Of a DNA stretch of 36,624 bases, positions 19,179 to 27,493 are shown one piece after another (the first letter of the stretch is position 1; every line of letters starts with the position of its first letter). The notes beneath the pieces are model-generated. The model worked only from the letters and a program-made list of their open reading frames with translations. It was not told the origin of the DNA and did no database searches. Where the stretch lies: the IMG/VR virus record IMGVR_UViG_3300020403_000035, positions 1 through 36,624 of that record. One strand, written 5' to 3'. The position numbers and the translations under genes were made by a program. This DNA comes from a virus (Duplodnaviria > Caudoviricetes).

Positions 19179-20994
19179 ATGTATTTCCTCCGTTTATTTG
19201 TTTAAATGTCATGTTCGTTGCATTGAATGCAGCTAACATCTTAAATTGACCTTCGTCACGAGATTTTACTGATGTAATTTCTCTAGCTGGATCGTTTCTA
19301 TTACCTTTAATTAATAGAACCTTATCTGCTTTTTGTACAACATTACTACTACCTTTCAAAGAATGTAGATTAATAACATTGTTAGCTGCTGATGTTTTGT
19401 TAAGATGATGTATTGCAATAATAATTACATTAGTTTTCTGTGCTATTTGTTTTAATGCACCTATAACTACGTTTTGCTTTTCTATTTCACCTTTTACAAA
19501 ATCAACTTCAACTTCGTCAGTAGTATCTACAACAAGAACCTTTGGTTCATATTCTGCTACTACTTTCTTGATAGAATCTATCCTTGGTGCTATTGTCATT
19601 ACTTGTACGTGATCTAACTTATCTTTAATACTAAAGTCTGGATTTTCTTTGTATTGTTGTAAAACCCATTCTTTAGGTTTGTTTGTAGCAATTTGTACAA
19701 ATCTTCTAAAGATAAGTTGTTCGTTCATTTCTAACGACAAGAACAATGTCTTTTGTTTTGCTTTCACAATTAGATCTTGTATGAACGCAGTCTTACCAAG
19801 ACCAGTATCACCAGAGAATATAACTAACTCGCCAGGACTAAATTGATATGGATTACAACCATATATTTCTTCTAGCTTAATAGAGTTTTGCTCTAGTTGT
19901 TTTGTTACATAAGTTCTTAACGCATCTTCTAATGCGTCTACACCTTTAATATCTAAAGTATAGTCTTTACGCTTGTAATAGATACATTTTGAATCGCAAT
20001 ATTCTGCCATAATGTGATCATCACAACCATATTGATATGAACCCTCGTAAACATTTGTAACTGTTCTTGTTATTTCTTCTTCAGACATTGTGTTATTTGC
20101 CCAGGTAAACATACCATTAAGGGCAACTAACATTGGAACACCAGCTCTTTTATATGAACTAACCATTCGCATTAGCTTCATATTTCTAGAACCTTTCATA
20201 GGACCTTCGTTAAATACATGCTGCATACAAGAAACTACTGATGTAACATCAGAATCTGTTTTGGTATTCTTGTTATCATACTGAATAGTAGGTGATGCAA
20301 CAACCATAGATTGTAAATACGGTTCTACACTTGGTTCTTTAAATAGAGTACTAAAGAAACTTTCGTTCATACTTGCTTGTGTTTTATTGACATAACTCAT
20401 ATAGCTGCCTTCGCTACTTGCCATTTGTTGTATGTCGTCCATACTTAGTTCTGACAATAGCTGCAACGGTATCCATACTTTATAGAGGTTTGTTTTTGTG
20501 TTTAACGACCATTTGCATCGAATGATCCTTGTCTTATCATAGATGCTATCTGCAAAGTCGAAATGCTTATTCATTGTTAGTTTAAGCTTATCGTGTATAT
20601 CTCTGCTTGGTTGTAAACCAAATACATTCTGTATTTCAATATGGAAACCGCTACCGCTAAACCATAAGTTTATGTCTTCTTCCATTACTCCCTTATCAAA
20701 CATTTCAGATATGCATTGTTGTACATATCCAATAAAATGATCATTAGGTATTTCGCCTTTATCGATGTCAAGTATAATGTAATCGATATATGCAATACCG
20801 TTAAATCCTTTTACTGAATCTGTATCATGTACATGTTCTTCAAAGTCTTTACCAAATGTAAAATAAGAACGATACATTTCATTCTTAAATGCATTTTTTG
20901 TGACTTTACTTTGATAGGTATTAACGTTAGCAACAGTGTTACGTTCGGATAGACCACCTTCTACTAGTTCTAGATAGTATTTATCTTCTTCCAT
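19159..20994 (-). CDS. AEP primase-polymerase fused to a Cys-rich helical domain and an SF4 (DnaB-like) helicase
   Basis: AEP motifs LDID, FSGSGFH and D..YD..R. Middle region SCM...G.RN...YGC...C...C. Helicase motifs GDTGLGKT, SLEM, VLVVD, HHLNK, LKGS and KSR. Confidence 0.88.
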   Translation of the reverse strand: MEEDKYYLELVEGGLSERNTVANVNTYQSKVTKNAFKNEMYRSYFTFGKDFEEHVHDTDSVKGFNGIAYIDYIILDIDKGEIPNDHFIGYVQQCISEMFDKGVMEEDINLWFSGSGFHIEIQNVFGLQPSRDIHDKLKLTMNKHFDFADSIYDKTRIIRCKWSLNTKTNLYKVWIPLQLLSELSMDDIQQMASSEGSYMSYVNKTQASMNESFFSTLFKEPSVEPYLQSMVVASPTIQYDNKNTKTDSDVTSVVSCMQHVFNEGPMKGSRNMKLMRMVSSYKRAGVPMLVALNGMFTWANNTMSEEEITRTVTNVYEGSYQYGCDDHIMAEYCDSKCIYYKRKDYTLDIKGVDALEDALRTYVTKQLEQNSIKLEEIYGCNPYQFSPGELVIFSGDTGLGKTAFIQDLIVKAKQKTLFLSLEMNEQLIFRRFVQIATNKPKEWVLQQYKENPDFSIKDKLDHVQVMTIAPRIDSIKKVVAEYEPKVLVVDTTDEVEVDFVKGEIEKQNVVIGALKQIAQKTNVIIIAIHHLNKTSAANNVINLHSLKGSSNVVQKADKVLLIKGNRNDPAREITSVKSRDEGQFKMLAAFNATNMTFKQINGGNTYVEEVV

Positions 20995-21236
20995 CCTTTT
21001 ATTTTCCCATTAGTTGCTGATTTAACTTCTTTTAGTGCAAATCCCATAAGCTCGTCCGTGAATATATTTTCTTCACGTAACTTTCTAAATGCTCTGGAAT
21101 ATGTACTTGCCGTATGTATTTTGTTATACTTGATTTTACCATAATGTGGTACTTGACTCTCAAAGTTCCAAGTAAAGAATACTTCACCGTTTTCTAAAGA
21201 GTCAAGCCAATTGATAACAATAGTTTTAGCAGTCAT
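20970..21236 (-). CDS. Hypothetical protein, possible winged HTH
   Basis: TASTYSRAFRKLRE resembles an HTH recognition helix followed by a beta wing. Confidence 0.45.
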   Translation of the reverse strand: MTAKTIVINWLDSLENGEVFFTWNFESQVPHYGKIKYNKIHTASTYSRAFRKLREENIFTDELMGFALKEVKSATNGKIKGWKKINTI

Positions 21237-21760
21237 TAAAATGGAAAGTCATCTGCGTTTACACTTTCTTGAACTTCAGGTACGGCAGGTTCTGAAGGTC
21301 CTTTACGAAAGTTTTTCGGATAACCGTCTTTTAATGATTTTTGAAAGTCTTTCTCGAGTTGATCTGTATCATCCCAAGAAGAAACTCTATTCCAAAGATT
21401 GCGTTTATACTTACCAGTAGACTGATAACTAAGCACTGCAATTTCAGAATCTATTAATACATCTAAGTTAATATCACCAGTATCTGATACATCTAAATCT
21501 TTACCAGCTGCAAGATATAATGTATTTACCAAGTCAGGATATTTTAAATCCGTAACTACACCATTTGTATCTTTATCATAGTTTTGATTTAGAAATAAAT
21601 TAGACTTGTATCCATTTGTAGAATCTTCAAGTTCTAATTTAACTGTTGTATCAGTATATTGTGATTCAACTTGTTCTGCTGCAATAATTTTACATTTATT
21701 AATGAAATAAGGTTTATTGCCGCCACCTTGTGACTTTACCTTAGTACCCGTAATTGCCAT
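21236..21760 (-). CDS. Probable single-stranded DNA-binding protein
   Basis: Beta-rich body with an acidic-aromatic tail (ADDFPF). It sits between the annealing protein and the primase-helicase. Confidence 0.75.
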   Translation of the reverse strand: MAITGTKVKSQGGGNKPYFINKCKIIAAEQVESQYTDTTVKLELEDSTNGYKSNLFLNQNYDKDTNGVVTDLKYPDLVNTLYLAAGKDLDVSDTGDINLDVLIDSEIAVLSYQSTGKYKRNLWNRVSSWDDTDQLEKDFQKSLKDGYPKNFRKGPSEPAVPEVQESVNADDFPF

Positions 21761-21771
21761 ATGATACCTCC

Positions 21772-22026
21772 TTACTTTTGGTCATTAGCGTGATCTTGAT
21801 TACGTTCATGTGCACCGTCAATTAGCCCTTGATTGATACTCTCAATATAAGTGCTAAGTGCATCCATTGATTTAGCATAGTCTGCTAATTCTACATCTAG
21901 TAATTCGTCTTTCTCGAATGGTATTCTAATTAAAACAAAAGTACCAAAGTCGTTTACTATATGTTTTGTTTCGCCAGGTTTCATAGCACCAATTCTATGT
22001 TCACTAGGCATTTTCTTTTTTGACAT
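21772..22026 (-). CDS. Hypothetical protein (84 aa)
   Basis: AAGGAGG SD and overlap with the upstream gene. Confidence 0.7.
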   Translation of the reverse strand: MSKKKMPSEHRIGAMKPGETKHIVNDFGTFVLIRIPFEKDELLDVELADYAKSMDALSTYIESINQGLIDGAHERNQDHANDQK

Positions 22027-22585
22027 TCTCTGCCTCCTTAAGTTGATCTTCGAAATATTTCTTAGCTGTTTTTACTCTAGCAACAGTATCATAAAATCCG
22101 CTTTCACGTTTTTTAGTATATGCTAGATAAGCTTCTTCGGGAATTACTTGAGCTTTTTCACACTTTTTTGCAAGCGTGTCAATTTCTGTAAGTTCTTTAA
22201 CTTTAGGTTTGAATACTGCTTGTTTTGCCTTAGCATTCTCAACTTCTTCTTTGCTAGCAATGGCAAAATCTGCACCAATACCCATATTGGCCAATGCCCT
22301 ACCGACGGCACTCGTCTCGCAATTTTCCATAGCACTCGTCTTATTAACAAAACCAGTATTGTCTCGCTCAGCTGCTGTTCCAGTGAAGTATCTTTCTGGT
22401 ACTTCGAGTACATTAGGCGTGACCGTTGCTTGGATTCTGTATTCATTGCATTGTTCTCCAGTTGGTGTATCTATTATTTGTGTGACTTCTATTACTTTAG
22501 TCACTATCATGCCGTATGGATACATATTATGAAACTCTTTAATACGATCGTTAACTAAGGCATAATCTTTCAGATTAAATCCCAT
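22004..22585 (-). CDS. Single-strand annealing protein (Rad52/Sak-like)
   Basis: DY..V.DRI..F...YP.G and TGTA.E...SAMENCETSAVGRALANMGIG patterns, located next to the SSB. Confidence 0.7.
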   Translation of the reverse strand: MGFNLKDYALVNDRIKEFHNMYPYGMIVTKVIEVTQIIDTPTGEQCNEYRIQATVTPNVLEVPERYFTGTAAERDNTGFVNKTSAMENCETSAVGRALANMGIGADFAIASKEEVENAKAKQAVFKPKVKELTEIDTLAKKCEKAQVIPEEAYLAYTKKRESGFYDTVARVKTAKKYFEDQLKEAENVKKENA

Positions 22586-22618
22586 AAGGTTCCTCCGTTT
22601 ATTTGTTTTTATTGGTTA

Positions 22619-22661
22619 GCTTGGACAACTAAGTTAGTATTCCCAACTCAATTATCCAAGC
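22619..22661 (-). promoter_or_regulatory. 19-bp RNA hairpin (possible RNase III site or terminator)
   Basis: Fully paired only on the minus RNA, using four G-U pairs. GAAUA loop and no U tail. Confidence 0.6.
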
Positions 22662-22668
22662 ATTTTTA

Positions 22669-22752
22669 CTACTGTTTATCAGATTTATTTACATAATTAC
22701 AAGCATATAATATGCCGTAACATACTGCAAATAATAGAAGTAATTCTAACAT
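22669..22752 (-). CDS. 27-aa hydrophobic membrane peptide
   Basis: AGGAGGA SD. Translates as MLELLLLFAVCYGILYACNYVNKSDKQ. Not in the ORF track. Confidence 0.65.
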   Translation of the reverse strand: MLELLLLFAVCYGILYACNYVNKSDKQ

Positions 22753-22762
22753 TAATTCCTCC

Positions 22763-23095
22763 TTAATCTAGTAGTTTCATGTACGCTTCAGCATTGTTCC
22801 ATTTGAACCAATCTAAACCTTTGCGTACAATTTTTTGTGCATCAGGATCTAGAAAATAATTAGGCGATTTTAATTGTGCTCTCATTATTTTTCTATATAC
22901 TGCTTCTTCTACTGGTGATAGTTTGTAAGATTCACCACTAAAAGGATTTCTGACATCTAAATCGATGTCTTCATGATCTAGGAACTTACATTCAGACATA
23001 TCGTATGGAAATTTAGTATACTTTCTTGTTGTAGTATGTTCATAACCATATATGTCAGTGTAAGTTATACTGGTTTTACTCGGACTACTTCCCAT
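22763..23095 (-). CDS. Hypothetical early protein (110 aa)
   Basis: AGGAGG SD. Contains V.NPFSGES..L and AYM.LLD patterns. Confidence 0.75.
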   Translation of the reverse strand: MGSSPSKTSITYTDIYGYEHTTTRKYTKFPYDMSECKFLDHEDIDLDVRNPFSGESYKLSPVEEAVYRKIMRAQLKSPNYFLDPDAQKIVRKGLDWFKWNNAEAYMKLLD

Positions 23096-23292
23096 GTAAA
23101 TCCCTCCTTTGATAGTTTATCAAGCAACTTTTTGTGCCATATTTTAGCTTCTTCCTCTGTAGCATAATTAGGATAAAACTCAGCATTTCTAGCTGCTTGA
23201 TAGTGTTTGACTGATAGTATTTTAAGCAATACTATATAGTTTGGATCTGGATGACTTTCTGCTACTGAAACCACATAATGTTTATTCATCAT
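23065..23292 (-). CDS. Hypothetical early protein (75 aa)
   Basis: Overlapping ORF within the tightly packed operon. Confidence 0.65.
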   Translation of the reverse strand: MMNKHYVVSVAESHPDPNYIVLLKILSVKHYQAARNAEFYPNYATEEEAKIWHKKLLDKLSKEGFTWEVVRVKPV

Positions 23293-23755
23293 CTGGTGTT
23301 ATTCTTCCAGTTATTTCATTCATTACGATTTCCAATGGTTTGAATTTAGTTCTTACTGGTATTGATTTATCTTCATAATCATCTTTATTTACATCTAAGT
23401 AAGTTAATTCAGACATCATCCATTGAACTCCGTCCCAATAGTAGATATATTCAATCCATATATCTCCTTGTGTCATACGAAAATATTGTTTTATATCTTC
23501 ATATGAATCATATTCTTTTTTATTGCCCATATACTCAATTTGAGCATCAGAAATAGAACGAATAGATTTAAGTTGTATTTCATCTACTGCTGACTGAGTA
23601 TTGAAATGATGTAGTAATTCATAACCAACTCCACCTATCATTTCGTTGCTTCTTATAAAGCCAGGATAACCGTCAAAGTGACAATAAACTGCTTTTACTG
23701 TTTTAAAGCCTTCTTCGTCGGTTCTTTTAAATACGATGTTTGATCGTGTTGACAT
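23282..23755 (-). CDS. Conserved phage protein with HxDGYP motif
   Basis: MSTRS.I, YCHFDGYP, G.G..L and EYIYYWDG..W pattern, recalled from many phage hypotheticals. Confidence 0.75.
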   Translation of the reverse strand: MSTRSNIVFKRTDEEGFKTVKAVYCHFDGYPGFIRSNEMIGGVGYELLHHFNTQSAVDEIQLKSIRSISDAQIEYMGNKKEYDSYEDIKQYFRMTQGDIWIEYIYYWDGVQWMMSELTYLDVNKDDYEDKSIPVRTKFKPLEIVMNEITGRITPDDE

Positions 23756-23958
23756 TAGACACCTCTCTTTCTACGTATTGATGTTATCATACTGCCTTTA
23801 CCGTCTTGGACATACATAAATTCATATCCCAAATCATCAAGTAAAGCAATTTGATCTTTGATTGTTCTTTGTGCTTGTAATGCAAGTTCAGATACGCTGC
23901 TTTCATCTAGCTCATCTAATTCTTGTCTTACTGCATCCATTTCGGATAGTTTACCCAT
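23755..23958 (-). CDS. Hypothetical early protein (67 aa)
   Basis: Translationally coupled ORF. Confidence 0.7.
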   Translation of the reverse strand: MGKLSEMDAVRQELDELDESSVSELALQAQRTIKDQIALLDDLGYEFMYVQDGKGSMITSIRRKRGV

Positions 23959-24397
23959 TTGTTACCCCTTCCACTTCATTTGCTAAATTATTGATTTCAT
24001 CAACTTTGTTAGCAATCATTTCTTTATTAGCTTCAACAATTTTATCAATAGCTTCATTTTCAGCTTCTATTTCTTTTTGTCTCCACTCTGCTGTTTCCAT
24101 AACGCCTACTGGTAATATTCCGTCTGGTTCTATGAAAACACTTTCACCATTACCTATGTCTACTTGCATAGATTTTTCTCTTCCAGTGTTCCAATGTAAA
24201 GCACCAGGACCATTACCTTCGTCGTCCATAGATACAAATATTGCGACTCCACTATCTAGTACTAATACTAAACCAGTAGTACTGTTTTCATCCCATTTTT
24301 TCCATAAGACGTGTTCTATTTTTTGTCCTTGCAATAAAGCAAAAGCTTTCTTGTGCCAGCCTTCTGTTCTTTGCATAGTTTTCTTAATGTCCTCCAT
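23951..24397 (-). CDS. Hypothetical early protein (148 aa)
   Basis: GGAGGA SD and an SMDDEGNGPGAL motif. Confidence 0.75.
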   Translation of the reverse strand: MEDIKKTMQRTEGWHKKAFALLQGQKIEHVLWKKWDENSTTGLVLVLDSGVAIFVSMDDEGNGPGALHWNTGREKSMQVDIGNGESVFIEPDGILPVGVMETAEWRQKEIEAENEAIDKIVEANKEMIANKVDEINNLANEVEGVTNG

Positions 24398-24692
24398 TAT
24401 ATAGTCCTCCCCATTTATATTGGTTTATGTGATTATTGTATTTCGGTTCTTTGTTTAGCATTACATCGTTAAACGTACCAAGATCTGCAAGATATATATC
24501 ATTTTGCGGACCTCTTATATACCAATCGTATATTTCTTTTACCATTTTTTCGAACTTCTTTTTATACTCTTTTTTAAAAGTATGTAAAGAATACTTAGCT
24601 TGTATTTTACATCGTTTACAAGTATAAGTATCTCTCTCAATTATAGTATAAAAGCTATCGTATACTTCTTGATATGTTAATTTTTCTTTCAC
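24384..24692 (-). CDS. Hypothetical early protein (102 aa)
   Basis: GTG start with GGAGGA SD and a GTGA overlap. Confidence 0.65.
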   Translation of the reverse strand: MKEKLTYQEVYDSFYTIIERDTYTCKRCKIQAKYSLHTFKKEYKKKFEKMVKEIYDWYIRGPQNDIYLADLGTFNDVMLNKEPKYNNHINQYKWGGLYNGGH

Positions 24693-25012
24693 GATCTTCC
24701 TCCATCTAATATTTTCATATATTTATCTTTATTGCCATTGCAATCTTCAATTACTTTTTCTTCCCATTCAGATTGTTTCATTGGATAGTCAAAGTTTCCA
24801 CAACAATCTGCTGCATATTCTGACTCTACGGTTTCTTTGCTGTAATCTTGTTTACCAGTATTCATATTTATAAATACTTTTTCGTAAACTGCATCACTAC
24901 CACACCAATTACATACAAAATAATCTTCTACTTTTTTAGGTTTTTGTTTGAAAGTTTTAGAATATAATTTTTTTGTAATAGGCCTAAATATTGCTGCTAC
25001 TTCATCATTCAT
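24689..25012 (-). CDS. Hypothetical protein with putative Zn ribbon
   Basis: CNWCGS...DCCG motif and GGAGGA SD. Confidence 0.7.
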   Translation of the reverse strand: MNDEVAAIFRPITKKLYSKTFKQKPKKVEDYFVCNWCGSDAVYEKVFINMNTGKQDYSKETVESEYAADCCGNFDYPMKQSEWEEKVIEDCNGNKDKYMKILDGGRS

Positions 25013-25250
25013 TACTGTGTTCCTCCATTTTCCAGTATTGATAAATCCATTGATCTTTATGTTTTTCTACTGAATTGTTTTCTGTAAACAACCACCAAGC
25101 TCTTCCATATTTCTTGGAAAATGCTTCACGTTCAGCAATTCCCTCTTTTGACCAAGGATCGTTAAACTTCATTTTTTTCATTCTTTCGTGTATTGTTTCT
25201 GGTTCTTTCAAACCTTTACGTTTCCTCCACGCCATTTCTCTATTGTTCAT
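25005..25250 (-). CDS. Hypothetical early protein (81 aa)
   Basis: Coupled ORF with SD. Confidence 0.7.
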   Translation of the reverse strand: MNNREMAWRKRKGLKEPETIHERMKKMKFNDPWSKEGIAEREAFSKKYGRAWWLFTENNSVEKHKDQWIYQYWKMEEHSNE

Positions 25251-25498
25251 TAGTTTCCCTCTTCTTTGTATTGTTCAAATGCTTCTTCAAACAATTCAAT
25301 GTTATCAGAGTATTTAGGGTGTTCACTTTCAGTTTGATAAATCCACCCCATTGGCTCTGTATCATTTAAACCCCAAAACCATTTCATAAAACCATCCCAC
25401 TCTTTCTTAGTCAATGATTTTCTGTGTAGTTTTGCTTCATCATAGCTAAGGTACATAGGTACCCATCTTGTGTACATTTTATCATCTTTCATTTTCAT
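25250..25498 (-). CDS. Hypothetical early protein (82 aa)
   Basis: AAGGAG SD. Confidence 0.7.
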   Translation of the reverse strand: MKMKDDKMYTRWVPMYLSYDEAKLHRKSLTKKEWDGFMKWFWGLNDTEPMGWIYQTESEHPKYSDNIELFEEAFEQYKEEGN

Positions 25499-25515
25499 TT
25501 GTTCTCCTTACAATT

Positions 25516-25575
25516 ATTAGTGCAAGAATGGTCTGCCGTGGCGGACCTAGCCACTGTTTTTTATCTTGCACTAAT
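25516..25575 (-). ncRNA. Putative structured RNA: 12-bp stem enclosing an H-type pseudoknot
   Basis: Perfect ATTAGTGCAAGA/TCTTGCACTAAT stem. Inside, GUGGC/GCCAC and GGUC/GACC pair across each other. Confidence 0.5.
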
Positions 25576-25581
25576 TTATTT

Positions 25582-25756
25582 TCAGAACTGAGGCAACTAT
25601 ACTTCACTATTCAGGCTTCCATGGACCTTATATAAGACTCGCCTATTTTGAAGTATTTACTGGAGCTCTTCCATGTATCTTAGGCTGATTATTAGATAAC
25701 CATTTAACTATCACTTCGGCAATGGCCAGATAGCACCTTAGTTGCCTCTATTCTGA
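25582..25756 (-). ncRNA. Putative 175-nt multibranch structured RNA
   Basis: Closing stems TCAGAA/TTCTGA and GAGGCAACTA/TAGTTGCCTC, with nested ATACTTCA/TGAAGTAT and AGGC/GCCT. No minus-strand ORF is listed here. Confidence 0.55.
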
Positions 25757-25845
25757 TTTAAGTCACTCAGGAACTTGTTCAATACAAGGAACTGTAATGT
25801 GACTATTATTGCACTGCAACTATCGTCGTCTTACGTGCGCTACGC

Positions 25846-25871
25846 AATCACCAGGAATATCCTGGTTGATT
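25846..25871 (-). promoter_or_regulatory. Hairpin at the stop codon of the upstream gene
   Basis: AATCA(A)CCAGGA-TAT-TCCTGGTGATT on the minus strand. Confidence 0.45.
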
Positions 25872-26208
25872 ATATTTCATTTGGTCGTTTACCGACTTTC
25901 ATCATCCAAGGTTCTAATGACATATGCAATAACCAGTCTGACATTGAAATAAGCTTACCTATGTCTTCTACGACATGTTGTTCGCCTATTTGTCTTACTG
26001 GTACTTTTCTGCCATCAGAATTGGTGATGTATTTACCAAATACGTCAATACACCAACCAATACCTTCTGTATGATGTCTCATTGATCTGTGAGTTGGTAG
26101 TGAACAACCACGCTTAGAATCATCAAACCAATGATGAATCTTAATGTAGTCGTCTACTGTACCGCCCCACTTCTTTACACTGCTTTTACTATGATAAAGA
26201 GGATCCAT
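25870..26208 (-). CDS. His-rich conserved protein (DUF6915-like)
   Basis: P..HS.SS.KKWGG..DDY..IH.WFD.SK...HR..RHH.EG...ITNSDG+.VPVR.IGEQHV.ED. Family name is from memory. Confidence 0.75.
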   Translation of the reverse strand: MDPLYHSKSSVKKWGGTVDDYIKIHHWFDDSKRGCSLPTHRSMRHHTEGIGWCIDVFGKYITNSDGRKVPVRQIGEQHVVEDIGKLISMSDWLLHMSLEPWMMKVGKRPNEI

Positions 26209-27245
26209 TACTCTACCTCCTCAGTTTTACGCTCTACTTTTTCGTTAAGCATATCTGTAATAAAATCGTGTAGTTGTTTTAGTTTTGGCTGATCTTTCTT
26301 CAAAGAAATATCTAATTCAACATCTTCATAAGACTTTTTCTTAGGAAATATATCCTTTAAAAATCCTTGAAATCTTTTTGAAAGTGTTTCATCTAATATT
26401 ACTTCTGTCTTTTCAGACTCTTGAACCATTACATTTGTTTCTTGGTTAACATTAAGTTTAACTTTGCCATTATCAAACTCTACTTTAAAGTAGTTTTGGC
26501 TACCGTGATTGTTTTGCCAACCAGGATGCAACATTTGATAAAATGCTTCATCAACATTTTCCCATTCATCTTTGCGTACTCTTGGATACATTAATTGTAA
26601 AATTCTTGTATCAAAGTGTGTAAACTCATCATATACATATGATTGTGTTCTACGCAATGTAATGCCACGTTCACCACTACCAGGTACGGTTGTGATTTCA
26701 TGTATTGACCATCCTAAATCTAAAACGCTTTGAACAACGCCATTAGACCAATCTTCTAGATCCATAGTAGCAAACGCCTCTGGTTCCATATCTATAAGAT
26801 ATTGTTTGCGTTCTTCTATGTGCTTTCTTAGTGATCTTGTATGTTCGTCAGATTCCCATAACGAATAGTTGATTACGGTTTCTGGATTTACGTTTTCACC
26901 GTGATGTGTGTGCATATAAAAATGTCTCATTATATGCGATGGATGTATTTGTGCACCATTTTCATCACGAAGTTCTACATTTTCTAAACAACCGTCATCA
27001 CCATATCCGTTGTATTCAAGCTTGATACTTTTGATATTAGTATGTTCCATAATTGATTTAAACTTTTCGTGTAAGTCAATTTTAGTTGCATAGTTTCTAA
27101 ACATATCTTGTATACTACTAAGTTGGCTCCAACCATAACCGTGCACTTTTATTGGTGAACCGTCTTTGTTTGAACCAAGCGTTTTATTCATAGCTTTACC
27201 AAACTTAATTTTAAGGTTTGTAAAGTTTACATCATTAAAGCTCAT
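26208..27245 (-). CDS. DUF6878-like protein with a large insertion (345 aa)
   Basis: Y.G.GD.G and HPGW.NN.G motifs, coupled to the DUF6915-like gene. Family name is from memory. Confidence 0.6.
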   Translation of the reverse strand: MSFNDVNFTNLKIKFGKAMNKTLGSNKDGSPIKVHGYGWSQLSSIQDMFRNYATKIDLHEKFKSIMEHTNIKSIKLEYNGYGDDGCLENVELRDENGAQIHPSHIMRHFYMHTHHGENVNPETVINYSLWESDEHTRSLRKHIEERKQYLIDMEPEAFATMDLEDWSNGVVQSVLDLGWSIHEITTVPGSGERGITLRRTQSYVYDEFTHFDTRILQLMYPRVRKDEWENVDEAFYQMLHPGWQNNHGSQNYFKVEFDNGKVKLNVNQETNVMVQESEKTEVILDETLSKRFQGFLKDIFPKKKSYEDVELDISLKKDQPKLKQLHDFITDMLNEKVERKTEEVE

Positions 27246-27475
27246 TATTGTCTCCTCTTTGTTTTATTCTGTAACTCAATTAACATTGCTGCAAGATATA
27301 CTATCATATCTAACGCCTCTTCAATAGCATCTTGCAAGTGATCTCTTGTACCGTCTAATGGTACTTCTTCTCCGTGCTCTATAGCACCGTGTCGAAGTCT
27401 TTCTCTTATTAGTTCAAGTATTGTTTCGTTATTACTTTTTTTAATACCTAACCAATGTAATATTTTTTTAAACAT
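27245..27475 (-). CDS. Small all-alpha NTP-pyrophosphatase (MazG-like) protein
   Basis: R..G...HG...L.DAIEEALDMIVYL, containing an EExxD metal motif. Confidence 0.55.
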   Translation of the reverse strand: MFKKILHWLGIKKSNNETILELIRERLRHGAIEHGEEVPLDGTRDHLQDAIEEALDMIVYLAAMLIELQNKTKRRQ

Positions 27476-27493
27476 TTTATTTCCCTTTTAGTT

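Noticed and set aside
25582-25756. Lysine riboswitch (AGAGGC...UUGCCGAA...UGAAUA) or pistol ribozyme (UAAAU)
   Set aside because: The would-be P2 is far too short, and the remaining core nucleotides are missing. The 10-bp terminal stem is incompatible with those folds.
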